A stretch of DNA of 64,000 bases from Cyanidioschyzon merolae (Eukaryota): the NCBI GenBank assembly GCA_000091205.1, contig AP006486.2; one strand, written 5' to 3'. The notes under the pieces are model-generated. The model was given only the letters and a program-made list of their open reading frames with translations, ran no database searches and was not told the origin of the DNA. How positions within the stretch are numbered: the stretch's first letter is position 1; the number at the start of each line of letters is the position of its first letter. Below are positions 11,363 through 23,394 of this stretch, in pieces. The position numbers and the translations under genes were made by a program.

Positions 11363-13226
11363 GTCCGCAGTGCCGATGGATAAACCGCTGCAGCACGCTA
11401 ACGATCGCTGCAGATCCGATGCATCGACTGCGAAGAACGCGATGCGTTTGTGTGCGTTTGCGCCCATCGACGACAGTAAGTTGCAATAGACACGTACACA
11501 TCAGCCCCTAAACCTGTGTGACTTTAAAAAGGAACATGAAAATACTAGCTCTGTAACTGCCTTGCGGTTTTTTTTCTGCCTTGATGCACAGCCATAAGAT
11601 TCAACGCACAGCAATGGGAGCTGAAGAATTCAGAGGTTGTTCTGAGGTTCTCGGTCGCATTTTCGGGAGTGGCTCGTTTCACGCCTCGCCGCTGGCATTC
11701 ACGACACCACCGGCATGACGATCTTTCGCGACGTCGTTGAATAACGGTTTGCAAAACAGCCGATATTCTCATATAAATCATAGGTATAAGAGTTCGGTTT
11801 GCATCTTAAATTGCGAGTAGTGTGCTCAAATAATGTATGGTTCAATTTTTCGATGTTTCTGATTCAAGGCAACACACGGTGGGCGGGAATCCGCGCTCCT
11901 GGACTGATGACGAGAAATACTCGATGCCATGACTCGACGACTTGTTCACAGGCTCATGTCGAGGCCAGGCTCAACATGTCACGTCCATGAATCGAATCTG
12001 TTTCAAAGACATAGCCCTCTTGCTTTGCTGCCACCGACGATAGAGCATTCCACAGCAGCACGACGCCATACACTGGAAATGCTCCGGGAGGCCCCTGTCT
12101 CTTGTGTTGACTTGAAAAAGCGTCTTGCACTCGAATTCCCGGCATCACATTGATCAGTTGTAGTGGAGCATGCGTCACCGCTTTGCACGAAGTTAGCGGA
12201 GACGTTTCGAAATTTCTCGACGTGTTCTCCAGCCTGGATTTGCCCTCTGGTAATTGCGGCATCATGGATATGATTGTATTCCACAAATCTTCGATTGAAT
12301 GGAACAGCATGCGCTCGCATATGCAGCAAAACTTGTAGTCGACGTGGACATCGACTCAAAGAAACCCATGGTCATTGAACCTGCACCGCGCTAGGAAACG
12401 GAGCAGAGCAGCTTCGCGAGCCTTCTGTACCCGTCAGCCGTGTATACTGAGCGATTAAACAAGCGCTCGCGTGAAATACAACGGACCTTGAATGAGCATA
12501 TGTGCCGTAGATATCGAAACATCTCACCAAATCCAAGTCATACCGCTGCGAAATGCGCGCCAAGGCTGCATACGAAGCAAACGGAAACGGTACGCGACCC
12601 GTAGATCGCAACATCGGCTTGAGCATACCATGCATCCACAACTGCCGGAAACAGCAGAGCATCGAGACTTTCATATTGCCGTCACCATCGTTCGCATGCA
12701 GGCACCGGTCCTCCCGGGAAATCATAGACTGGTACAGTGGGAGCTGGAACAACCAGCGCGGAAAACGAATCATTCGCAGAGAAACCTCGCAAAGCTGGTG
12801 TCGATGACAACGGCAAGCGATACAGACTTTAGAATATACATCCCAGTTAGCGCACCGGTTCCGTTTTATGCGGATGCGAACGTCGTGTAGACGCCCGAGT
12901 CCTCTTCACACAATCTTCTTCCATTTTCACCTGACACGGGTATAGCAAACTGCGCTGCCTGCACTGGTGCAGGCAAGCGCGTGCCCTCGAACCGGTACCC
13001 CGGAAAAGGCGCTGTGTCCGCCAGCCAGACGGCAATCGGACCCCGATTGACCGCTTCTCAGTCGATGGTGCGCTTGAAAAGCTCGCACCGCGCTCGAGAC
13101 GCGACCTACGAGGATATAACACCTGAAAGGCAAAGTTTGCTTTGGCGGGGAACCGCCCCTGTCCGTCAGACTGTGCCAGCGGGCCCGGATGTCGCCGATG
13201 AACTCCACGGCGTAGTGTAGGTCAAA

Positions 13227-15182
13227 GTGCGAGGGTGCTTCGCGCGCATGAAGCGGAAACGAGCGCTCAGGCGGTTGCAACCTGGGCAACAACAACTCAA
13301 GCCGGTGCCGAGGCACGAGTCTTCGGTTTGGGTCTGCTGCCCAGCGTGCCACGAACGTCTGGCGGCAGCGAGTCTGAGCTTTCACACCCTCTATGACTGC
13401 AGCGAACGGAGGTCACAGGACGTGCTCGCTTCTGCGAACAGCAGCACCATCAGTACTTGGGACAGGTTGCCAGACGAGACACCTGGATCAGCGGATCCCG
13501 CTCGGGACGCCTGCCTGGCGCAGACGCAAGCACAGCAGAACAGTTCGGAGTCTGCTGGATGTCACCGAAACACAACTGGTGCGGCGTCGTCGTCGTCGTC
13601 GACCGCCTCCCAGCCAGACGTGTCAACGACGAATACGAGTTTGCAGGCTGCATACCAGACACTCACAGCAGACGTGCCGTACACGTCTTCTGCACACAGT
13701 GAAGCGCGGAACGCGTTTCGCTTACTGATGACGCCTCAACGCTACCTAGCCTGTTACTGGACCATGCAACGCTTTTATCGCGGGAATGATGCCACCGGTG
13801 CGAACGGCACCTATTTGCGCTCGGAACTGCTCTTCGCAGGTGATTCGCGACTAGAGCGCCTGCTTACAGAGCCGTGTTGGCGATGCTTGGGTAGCACGCG
13901 ACTCGCTGACGCACTCTGGCGACCTAGCAACGTTCGCGAACAGTACGCAGACGCCAGCAAAATCCGAACCCAAGTCATTTGGCTGGCGCACAAGTCCCTC
14001 TTCGAGCATGACGCATATGTGCCGGCTACAAAGCTTCTTGAGGGACGCGAGCCGCGTCTCCCGCGTGCGCTGCTGCTGTCGGCGCTGCAGAAGAGCATCC
14101 GACGGGCTCGCTGGCCCCAGGTTGTTCGCCTCTCGCGCTACCTGATCGATCGATACGGTTTGGGTATGGTTGCGCGGCGACTGCTGGTTATCACCGTGGA
14201 GGATAGTATGGCACACCCAGCCATGCCGATCCTGGCCTGGTTCATGGGCACAGCGAGTAAGGGCTACCAACCGACTGCAGCCGATGTCGATGCAGTGCTG
14301 CGGTTCGCGGCTGAGATCAGCAGCGTCGCCGTTCGTGACTTGCAGGTATCGAGACGCTATCACAGCATTGAGGCGTTCCAGCACGACTGGGCGGTGTGCG
14401 AGGAAGCTTTTGGAACGTTGGTACCGGCACCAGCGCGGGCGCTCGTTGCCTCGTTGTTGTTGCGGGCGCTTTTCGGCGGCATGCACGGTGATCAGCTCAT
14501 GATGCGGGAATACGCTGTGGAATGGTTGCGACGGTTTCTCTTGGATACACAGCGTGATCCGCTTCAACTGGAGATACCAGCCGCACCACTGGCGATGCTG
14601 CAGGATTCGATGCCGTCGCCAAAGATACCGTCAGTGGATCAGGCGTGGTACGCTGTCGCAGACGCTGCTGCCGCCACTGCGCCATCTTGGCTCCAGTTCT
14701 TGGAAAAACTGTACGAAAGGGTCCGTAGCTTGTTATCCTCGCAGCAAATCCGCTGGGAAGCGGACCAGTGCGTATCTATTACCGATATACCGCCGGCGGC
14801 AGTAGGTCCATTCAGCGGTCTTCCGTCACCAACGTCAGAGCGAGTGCAGCGGAGTCGCTTCTGGCAGCGCATAAGCCGGACACTCCTCGACTATGCTCCC
14901 AAAGCAGCACCAGAGGATACCTGGGCCTCGCTTATCTGGCATTTGCGGGCCAAATTAAACGTGCGGCCTTGCTGGTCGGTCGTCTTCGACGACAACGACG
15001 AAGACGACAACTCGACGTTCACCGTTGCGCTGCAGCTCGCGGATAATGCTTGCGAACAACTCCAGCCGTTCTTCACCAGTGCACAGCAACGAGTGTGTTG
15101 GCAGAACATAGCACCCCAAGTCGAGGCTTTATCCATGATGGTCTTGCGCCGCTATTTCTCTGAGCACCAGACCCGAGGATGA
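13227..15182 (+). CDS. Hypothetical protein, 651 aa
   Basis: Long uninterrupted ORF in GC-rich context with a Ser/Thr-rich low-complexity N-terminal third. There is a weak, unverified resemblance of LSALQKSIRRARWPQVVRLSRYLIDRYGLGMVARRLLVITVED to the C-terminal helical domain of MgsA/RarA-type AAA proteins. No ATPase motifs were seen. Confidence 0.4.
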   Translation: MRGCFARMKRKRALRRLQPGQQQLKPVPRHESSVWVCCPACHERLAAASLSFHTLYDCSERRSQDVLASANSSTISTWDRLPDETPGSADPARDACLAQTQAQQNSSESAGCHRNTTGAASSSSSTASQPDVSTTNTSLQAAYQTLTADVPYTSSAHSEARNAFRLLMTPQRYLACYWTMQRFYRGNDATGANGTYLRSELLFAGDSRLERLLTEPCWRCLGSTRLADALWRPSNVREQYADASKIRTQVIWLAHKSLFEHDAYVPATKLLEGREPRLPRALLLSALQKSIRRARWPQVVRLSRYLIDRYGLGMVARRLLVITVEDSMAHPAMPILAWFMGTASKGYQPTAADVDAVLRFAAEISSVAVRDLQVSRRYHSIEAFQHDWAVCEEAFGTLVPAPARALVASLLLRALFGGMHGDQLMMREYAVEWLRRFLLDTQRDPLQLEIPAAPLAMLQDSMPSPKIPSVDQAWYAVADAAAATAPSWLQFLEKLYERVRSLLSSQQIRWEADQCVSITDIPPAAVGPFSGLPSPTSERVQRSRFWQRISRTLLDYAPKAAPEDTWASLIWHLRAKLNVRPCWSVVFDDNDEDDNSTFTVALQLADNACEQLQPFFTSAQQRVCWQNIAPQVEALSMMVLRRYFSEHQTRG

Positions 15183-15213
15183 GCCTTCATGACTTGTCCG
15201 TAGCCGACGGGTG

Positions 15214-16329
15214 TCAGCGCGGGCCGCGATCCGCCGAGTCCTCGCCAACGGGTTCCTTTGCGAGCACTTGGGATCGAGCTTCGATTCGCTGTCGATACAG
15301 GCGCACGAGGAATCCTACGAGTAGAACAGCACCCACGATCGTGCTTCCTAGACGAAGCGTATGGGCCCAACTGGGCACCGTTGCCGCCTTTGGAAGCGCT
15401 CCGTCGGCACCCATCGAGAGTAAGCTCAGGTCGCGGGCGCCGACGCCAGCCCCGACCAATGGCAGCAGACCTGGCACAATGCCCAAAGTCGTCGTCCAGA
15501 GAAAATCGCTGAATCGGACGCCCACAGCCGCAAGCAGGTAGTTATTGATAAACGAGGGTACCGGTGAGAGCCGCATGTACAACATCATAGACGGACCCTC
15601 GCGGCGGACGATGTCCAACCAGTACCGGAAACGTGGAAATCGTTGGCACTGTTTCTGCACGTAACCATAGAGCACAGTGCGACCAAGGATGAAACACGCG
15701 ATCGCCGCCCCCAGTTTGCTCAGATGCATCGAAAGAAACCCCAGCGGAAAACCTAGCGTGTATCCAGCGGCGACCTCGATCAACGCCGATGCCGGGAAAC
15801 ATAACACGATAGCGACAAAGTGCAGCAGTGCGAAGGCTGCAGCAATCTTACCCGGACCGTGCTGGTCCGCCAGTGTCACCAGCCGCTGCACCAGGCTCGA
15901 GAAGCGCGCGTGCACCCAGGGCTGGTGTCCCAGCTGGTAAAAAACCACGACCACACAGAACAGCACACCTGCGCCAAGAAACCACTTGATCCGCGTATTT
16001 TTATTTTGAACTGTTTCCGACTCGATGGACTGGACACCTTTCGTGCCTGGTGCTGTCACCGAGGCTTCATTCGTCACCCAGGCGCAGGCGCGTGGCGTAC
16101 GAGCTGCCCTCTTGATCGCGCACACCGAGCTCCGTGGTCGCGATTTTACAACAGTTCGACACAGTCCGAGCCTGGATGTACTGCGTCTTCCGCTTCCGAT
16201 AAACACCTGGAAGGCCATCGTACCGCAGGGGCTCGTGGAAGTCGCCCCAGTGCACAGCGCAGACACCACAGATATGCAAGTTATGAAGGATACCGTGGGT
16301 GCAGTGCAGGGTGATCGCGCTCCATCCAT
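15214..16329 (-). CDS. TVP38/TMEM64/DedA-family membrane protein (SNARE-associated Golgi protein family). The start is probably an internal Met.
   Basis: Multiple TM segments, and MRLSPVPSFINNYLLAAVGVRFSDFLWTTTLGIVPG matches the DedA/TVP38 signature (R-[FL]-x-P-x-x-P-x-x-[LI]-N-Y-x-x-G-x-x-x-[MV]-x-F-x-x-F). Confidence 0.55.
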   Translation of the reverse strand: MDGARSPCTAPTVSFITCISVVSALCTGATSTSPCGTMAFQVFIGSGRRSTSRLGLCRTVVKSRPRSSVCAIKRAARTPRACAWVTNEASVTAPGTKGVQSIESETVQNKNTRIKWFLGAGVLFCVVVVFYQLGHQPWVHARFSSLVQRLVTLADQHGPGKIAAAFALLHFVAIVLCFPASALIEVAAGYTLGFPLGFLSMHLSKLGAAIACFILGRTVLYGYVQKQCQRFPRFRYWLDIVRREGPSMMLYMRLSPVPSFINNYLLAAVGVRFSDFLWTTTLGIVPGLLPLVGAGVGARDLSLLSMGADGALPKAATVPSWAHTLRLGSTIVGAVLLVGFLVRLYRQRIEARSQVLAKEPVGEDSADRGPR

Positions 16330-17660
16330 GGGCCATAATGTCCTCTATTTATCTAAATATTCATACTTGTCTAGTTAGGTTCAGAGCTCCGTGCAGGACC
16401 CGCGGCAGGTCGCGACTCGGGACACGTCATCGGCAAGCATTGTCCACGAGACTGATTCGCAACCGCTGCATCCATATCACGAGTAGCGTGGAGCGTGCTG
16501 CGCTTGAAGTGGCGCTAAACGATGCGCCGTTTTGCGGTGTCGATGACCCCGAGAACAGCACTCCACACAGAAGACATCGTCAGCATCCGCTCTGTTCTAC
16601 GCAGGGTTTTGTAGTTCCGTATGGCGGTCATGCGCAGGCGTTGAACCCTGCAAACAGCATCAATCACGGGGAATATTGGTGCTTGTGCCAAAGCTGCTCT
16701 ATCGCTTTCGTCTTCAGCGATGAACAAGTCGGCGTTCATTCGCCACGATTTGATGCACATCAGCTCGCCGGAACTCGGGTGTGACTCGCACAACGACGTG
16801 CACACCGTGCGCAGTCGTCGACAGCATGAGATGATACTAGACGGTAGTGGTCGCGTACTAACGCTACTTGTCCACTTGTTCGCGTGCATGTATGCTTAAA
16901 GCGCTTTTACAAACATATGATCGATGTTTCGTCCGGTTGAGCAGAGAACTGGAAACCCAGCAGCAGCCTGACTGCGTCGCGGACACCGAAACACCTCGAC
17001 CATGAGGATGCGTTCAGGACGACTCCGAAGCTGAGGATGGAAGCGACGCAGCAGATGCGGCCTGGAAGCGCGTATGTTGCCAGATGCAAGCGCCGCCATG
17101 GGTCAGCGCCAACCTCGGACTTGTATGGACCGAGGCCCAGCATGGATTCGATGCGCATGTAAGGAACCGACACGTAAGTTTTTTCCAGTGAAGCATTTCG
17201 TCACCAGGGCAACGGCGACGATGAACAGCAAGCGGAGCACCACAACCACGTGCCTCTGTGCATGAACCATAATGGGGTGAAGAGTCCGACGTGAATGGGT
17301 GTTTCACGACGGACGCGCGCGCGTCACTGTTGCAAGCGAAGCGGCCCGTTTGCCGAACAGGGCGCACGGTGGCGACAACATCGTTGAACGAGCTTGAATC
17401 GAGACCGCTGATGGTACGTCTCGCGTTGCGCGTACTGCAAGATGAAGGTACTGCGGGCGGTAACGGCATCATGAGCGTTTCTCCAAAGACGATGAAGCGG
17501 TGATCTGCACCAAACAAGGAGCCTGGTACGGGCGAAGCTTCATAAACAGCGTGCAGATCGAAAGAGCAGCATCTATCCATGGAAGAGCAATCCTGCTCAG
17601 GTGATCGGTCACGTCGCCTGTGCTGTACGGATCTCGAGTGTGACCATGATTCTGGGGAGA

Positions 17661-19298
17661 TCATGCATCCAACGGATGCTTCTGCAGCTGTTGCCACAAG
17701 TGCGCTGGCAACTGCGCGACAATTTTCAGGGATTCTCGTATGATAGCCGCCGGCGGAATGCGAAAAGCGTCTTGCTCTTTTCTGGGGTTCAAAACCTCTT
17801 TGACAGTAACCGTTCGACTCAGAAGCTGCTCGCGTGCACAACGCAGTCGAGCAACCACAAACACCACACCGAAATGGGCGCCGAACGCGAGAATCCAGTC
17901 GAGGAGCGGCATGGCATCCTCGAACGGCGGGATACAAAGAGAAAACGAGAGCACCGCCGGGAACCCGTGCACGAGAAGCGCGCGTTCCAGACCCAATGGA
18001 TCTCCGCTGAGCATTGTGGCGAGCTCCTGGTCTACATGCTGGATGGTACGGGCGGCGAGCCGGCAACCCTCGTAGGCGCCAGCTACCGAATTCACTTGGA
18101 GATAGCGCGGTGCATAATCCTCCACGAGGCACACAAGCAACCGAAACGCCTCAGGCTCGGGCAATACGTGCAGGAACGATGCTGCGTAGAGGTTCATGCC
18201 CTGCACATACGTTTGGTTGTTGTGAACCGCGACCGCCAGGAGAACGCGCGCAAGCGCCTCCGGTGGCACCCGATGACGAACCGTGTCGCATCCACGGAAC
18301 GTCCGCGGAATATCCTGCTCAATCTTTTCCCACAATTGTTTATAGCGGGCAAAGCTCGTGCCAATGCTATCGAGTAAATCTACATAGCTAGGAACTGTCG
18401 AGCGCGCATCATTTCGCGGCCTTTGGGAGAGCAGGAGCCACGAGGCACCTCGCGGTGTTCGCAACTCCTTCGGGAACAACGACTGACAAGCTACAACTTG
18501 GGTTCCTTCGAGTCTGTTGGATCCGCACAGCTCCCCGGAAACATCAAGCACGTCGGACGCCTCAGAGGGTAAAAGTCGCCCGCTGGCGAGCCACTTGCGC
18601 AGGGCCGAAGCGTTCGCTTCGCGCAGGGCATCCTGCCAGCCAGCGCTCTGCTCTGTAGCTGTCGCCGCCATCCCCGTGGAGCCCACCGCTCTCCCTAGTG
18701 AAGCCCCTCGGCGATCATATTTACAAGTGGGGGATGATCTGGAGCTGTCAGTGGTCTCGCTCGAAAGCCGCTCGAGTGCACTCCCGCTCATCTCCAGCAC
18801 TCGCACCGGCACGAAACACAAACCACGTTCTGGGGTGCTCAGCGGGGGCGCGCGCGCGCACTGCACTGGAACGTTTCCAGCGCCCGGCCGACGGCGCGCT
18901 CGCGATACGCCCCCGCTGACGCTGACACAGATGACGCTGGCGTTACCAAACAGACGCATGGAAATTTCAAGACACGAATGGACAGATAGACAAAATAATA
19001 TATATAAATGGACACAAGTGATATCGGAAGCACACCAGCGCGATGCATGCGCAGCGCGCCGCACGGTGTGCGATGCGCTTCGTACGCGAACATCCGCGTG
19101 AATCTGGTGTGCACCGCGATCCAGGCAGTCGAGAACCGCGTTCAGAAGCGTGTCAGGCCGGCGCCTGTGTCGCGAAAAACGGCGACACATGCTCCGGACG
19201 ATTCCGAAGGGCGGTGTAATTAGTACCCAGGATTCGCTCCGAATGCCGGGTATCTCTGTTGATTCGAGGCGCAAAGGTATGCCTGCGTACCAAAGCAC
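17661..19298 (-). CDS. TBC-domain Rab GTPase-activating protein
   Basis: IEQDIPRTF (arginine-finger IxxDxxR motif) and YVQGMNLYAASFL (YxQ glutamine-finger motif) sit at TBC-domain spacing. Confidence 0.7.
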   Translation of the reverse strand: MLWYAGIPLRLESTEIPGIRSESWVLITPPFGIVRSMCRRFSRHRRRPDTLLNAVLDCLDRGAHQIHADVRVRSASHTVRRAAHASRWCASDITCVHLYILFCLSVHSCLEISMRLFGNASVICVSVSGGVSRARRRPGAGNVPVQCARAPPLSTPERGLCFVPVRVLEMSGSALERLSSETTDSSRSSPTCKYDRRGASLGRAVGSTGMAATATEQSAGWQDALREANASALRKWLASGRLLPSEASDVLDVSGELCGSNRLEGTQVVACQSLFPKELRTPRGASWLLLSQRPRNDARSTVPSYVDLLDSIGTSFARYKQLWEKIEQDIPRTFRGCDTVRHRVPPEALARVLLAVAVHNNQTYVQGMNLYAASFLHVLPEPEAFRLLVCLVEDYAPRYLQVNSVAGAYEGCRLAARTIQHVDQELATMLSGDPLGLERALLVHGFPAVLSFSLCIPPFEDAMPLLDWILAFGAHFGVVFVVARLRCAREQLLSRTVTVKEVLNPRKEQDAFRIPPAAIIRESLKIVAQLPAHLWQQLQKHPLDA

Positions 19299-22179
19299 TG
19301 TGAACCGAGACTTTTGGTGGCGAGTCGTGAAACCCGCGTTGGGTGCCTTACGTTTCTAGCCGGCGCTTTCCCTTGCATAGCAAAGCCGAATCTGTCTCGA
19401 TGCTCGGCGGAATGCCAGAAATACCCGCTATCTCCCAGCGGATCTACGGGCAGTGGCCGGCGGAAAGTCAGAGGTAGCGCGCGTTGTTTTGGCTGCGTTC
19501 CCTGGTCTACGTCGACGTTCTGCGGGCCAGAAAAAAAGCTTGCGGTGCCGGCACATGACGCCCACATACAACGACAACCCCTCAACCAGAGTCTGGTCAA
19601 TTTCTGGGTTCATTGGCCTTAGACCCGTATCAGATTAAAAAATTGGACACTGAAATACGCGCTCGGTCCGTGACATGAGCTTTGTTCCCGAACTTTACTG
19701 ATTTGCATGGCGTCGACATTCGAACTGCACCAATAAAGCATTATGGATTCATAGGTGTAAGATTCTCGGGCGTGATTTTGGAGTGCATCCCTCGACGCGT
19801 TGCCACTGGCTCTCGCTATGTCACCGAAAGCAGGATGATTTGCGACGCCCTCGAATACGGCTTCGTTCAATAACCAATATCATTGTCCAATGCATGCGTT
19901 CAAGACTCCGCGTGTCTCGATTTCATGTGTATAGCGTGCCCAAATCGCGCGTCCTTCATGACGTGGAACTTTCTGTTTCAAGGCAACGCGTGAGCGCAGT
20001 ACTTTGCGCGACTGCATTGACGGGAGCAACCATTCGATATCGTCCGTAGAGAGCTCGTCGAGAGGTGCGCGCTGAACGTGTATTGAACTCTTCATGCCAA
20101 ATCATCAATGCCCTTTGAACGACAATTCTGTCTCTATGTCGATTGACGAAAGCAATATTCGAGTGCAGCGTGACACCTCTTCTGGGATACGCATCCAGAC
20201 TCCACCGTCGGTTCTGTCTTCATGGGAATCTTCTTGGACGCGGTCTCCAGTGATCGCGGGGATCGATACCAGTGGGGTGCGCGATACCGCTTTGCACAAA
20301 GGGAGCGTGGGCCGGTCGACACCTGTCGATTTGCGATCCAACCTGAATTTTGCTTCCGGTACCTGTTTCTTCATGGATGACATTGCGTTCCGCATATCCT
20401 CTATCGAATGGAGCAGTGTGCGAGCGCGTGTGCTTCATAAAGCGTGCTGGCTGAGGTGATCGCCCAGAAAAGGCCCGTGATTCCAGTATACGACGCCGGG
20501 CGCCGAGTCTGATGACAGCATCGAGGGCATCCCTCTGTGCTCGTCGAGGTCGTGGACCGAGCGCTGAATCAAATGGTCACGCGCCAGAGGACGGCATTTG
20601 GAGGTCAACGAGGCATCGGGGTCGACGTATGGGAGACCCCGAAACTGCTCAGGTGTCATTGGTACGACGGCTGCACCGGGGCTGTTTACAAACAAGATCA
20701 ACATGACAAGTAAAATGCACATCGCAACTTTTACCTACGTACGAAATACGTTGACAACAGCAGCAAGCGGCGAACTCGAGACATTCATACAGCTATCAAC
20801 ATCCTTCGGCTGCTGATGACGGAGGTGCAGGGACAGGAGCGACTCACGTACTCGATCCCGGAGAAGAGCGAGAGCAGAAGCGGAAGCAGTCTCAGAAAAA
20901 GCGCGCACATTCTGGTGAGGATCACAGTGGCAAGGGACCCAGACTTTGGAGAGCAAGCCCAAGTTAGCGAGCAGGGCCATTCTATTTTATTTCGATAGAG
21001 ATGTGTGGAAGGCATCTTGTCCGTACTGGCTGCCTGTCGGACGAGCGCATCTCGTGGAGGCGTGCTGCCTGTCCGTTACCCTGCTGCCGCTACCGATGGA
21101 TAGATGGGTGCTTGGATTCCCATCCAGGCATGCACGTGAGAGGGGAAATGCTTGGCGGCGGTTTCCGCTGCTTTGCAGGTCAACAGACAGTCCTCACATG
21201 TGCCGTGCATACCTCATACGCCGCCGACCAGGTAGAGGCGCTCGCACAGGACGCGCTCAAAGTACGCTTGCGTTTGGCTCCGGGTTTCACCACATGGGAT
21301 ATGGCCGGCAGCTTCGCGCACTGCGACTGCCCCGGCGCCTCATCGAACTCGCTGGGATCCAAAAAGAATCCCTTGGCACCCAGGGAATGGATGATGGGAA
21401 GCGATTCCGCGTCAACACGCTCATCCATGGCTGAAGCACTCGTCGCTTCGACCAGGACTGGGCGCCTCCTTTAGAGTTCTCCTTCACGCAGATCATGATC
21501 TGCCAAGCAACTTTCAAAAGCGTCCAGTGATACGCCTACAGCTGGGCGAAGGAAACCTTTCAGGTCCTGTGTATGCCTCTCGCTTCTAGTTACATTTCCC
21601 GAGTGACGATTCCCAGCGTCGGAATCGCCATGCGCCCCCGGTATCGCCACATGTACGTGCATAGCATCTGGCAACGCAAGCCATGCGTCAGTGCGGCGCC
21701 TAGCCCGAACCCGCGAGTCCTGTGTGTGTGTGGGTGTGTTTGTGCGCGCGCACCGGAACGCCTACCAGCCGCCCCGCTGGATGTCCGTGCGTCATGCCGC
21801 TAACTATATGCATCTACATAAGGTTGCATGCTTCGACGCTGCACGATAAAACGGAGTGCTTGGAATGCATTTTTAGAAACAGAGTGCCTGCGCAGCGATC
21901 GGATTCGAGGCGCTCGGCGTGCTCTGGGTGGAAAGCAAATCATCGACATGTATCGAGCGTTTACGTTGTGTTGATGACCGGGACTTTGGTGCCCCCAGCG
22001 CTGGTTGGAGCGATCCCCCCGCTCTTCTTTAGCGCCTGTTCCAGGACTGTTGCCAAAAATGTCGACGGCGCACCGCATTTCTACACCGTCCGTTAAGATG
22101 GTGGTGGTTGCCGCAGTGCAGCGCTCGGGTACTGCTTTTTTGCGCTACGCAGGCGTGCTAGCCTGGTATCCCAGAAGTA

Positions 22180-22778
22180 AAACAAAAACGTTCAACGACC
22201 ATGGAGGGTAAATACGTATACCCACGCGCATGCGCCTCTGCGCCGTTCGTGACCGGTCCCCTGGCATCTATTTCGGTTTCTAACAGTACACTTCGAGCAG
22301 CAGAGGTTGCTAGATGAAGTTAGATCGCCTCAGCTCCCCTGGTCTCTCGTATTCAGCATCCCACATCGTCTGCTGCTGGGTGACGGCGCTGGTGTCTCAG
22401 TTGACGAGCTCCCTGCGTGCATTGAGGCTGGTGGAGCTCCCCAGCACAAGGAGGCCTCTAATTCGAGCCCTCTGTGGCACTGCAGTAAGGTCATCGTCCC
22501 GTAGCGCAAACGCCCTCTCTCGCCTATTTCCCCCTTCTTCTTCGTCGACACTTGCGCTTTTCCCTCGATGGGTGGAGAAAACAGAATTTTTCGTTTTCTT
22601 TCCCGGCAGCCGGTGATGACAGCCTTCGAGGATCCCCGACGCCCATCTTTGCTCCTTTCCCTTGGATTCTTACTTTTCTTCAAATGAGCGCACGTCGAAC
22701 GCATCCGCTCTAAACTGCGAAAACGAATTTGACGACACGCATCTGGGAGTCGGAGCACGATTGATGAGAAAGACTATA
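22180..22778 (-). mobile_element. MITE-like, internally deleted derivative of the Fanzor/TnpB-like element family (copy M1)
   Basis: Collinear, roughly 70-80% similar over its whole length to the element at 63392-63975. Shares the 5' terminal block (..tcttcaaatga.cgcac...gaacgc.tc...gaaagactat) with the Fanzor copies at 36.2 kb and 37.15 kb. Retains a degenerate stretch homologous to the region encoding the RuvC-III motif. Homology with M2 ends at both boundaries. Confidence 0.55.
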
Positions 22779-22807
22779 AGCACTGAACGATGACTCGCTG
22801 CGTCAGC

Positions 22808-23131
22808 CTAGTCCATGAGGTCCTCCGGCCGAATGCGATCAAGATATCGGGGCTGTAGACCAGACCCGCCGCAGTTGAGACAAACCACAGTGCTTCGCCC
22901 CTTGCAGTACGAACATTCCTTTTCATACTGCCCGAAACCGAGCTTGCCGCGGCCCTGGCAGTACCCGCAGGCAACCTGACCGTCCCCACGACATTCCACG
23001 CAGGGTTCACGCCGACCCCGGGCCTTCCCGCGCTCACCTTGCACCTCTGTGAACGCGAGCAAACCTATACCCGCAATGGTACCCAATCCGCCGACTATCA
23101 GGGCAGTCAGCACCTCATCCGATAGCTCCAT
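22808..23131 (-). CDS. DnaJ-like zinc-finger (4x CxxCxGxG) single-TM protein, similar to plastid BSD2/PSA2/LQY1-type proteins. The 5' limit is approximate.
   Basis: MELSDEVLTALIVGGLGTIAGIGLLAF (TM helix) is followed by CVECRGDG, CGYCQGRG, CSYCKGRS and CLNCGGSG. The upstream part of the track ORF (to 23446) runs antisense through the 110-bp tandem array and is probably not coding. Confidence 0.5.
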   Translation of the reverse strand: MELSDEVLTALIVGGLGTIAGIGLLAFTEVQGERGKARGRREPCVECRGDGQVACGYCQGRGKLGFGQYEKECSYCKGRSTVVCLNCGGSGLQPRYLDRIRPEDLMD

Positions 23132-23394
23132 AGAAAGCGACGGCCGGCCAGTCTTCGAACTCGGCGAACGAAACGCGACGTGTCGCTGCCGTCGTTCAAG
23201 TCGCTCCTGGCGCTCTATCGCCCAGTACTTCCAACCGTGAAAGCAGCAGCCCCGTGGCTTCCTTAACACATTTACCGAACCCACGAACATGAACGAAGCC
23301 CTAGTTGAGAAGCGCTCTCGCTTCCAGAGGCGTCTGCTATGCGTCTGCGAACGTTCACAATAGGGCTCGCGGAGAGCGACGCTTATTCGGGCAC

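Noticed and set aside
17014-18132. 372-aa minus-strand ORF overlapping the 3' part of the TBC Rab-GAP gene in another frame
   Set aside because: Low-complexity R/S/A/C-rich translation typical of off-frame GC-rich sequence. The TBC frame carries the recognisable motifs.
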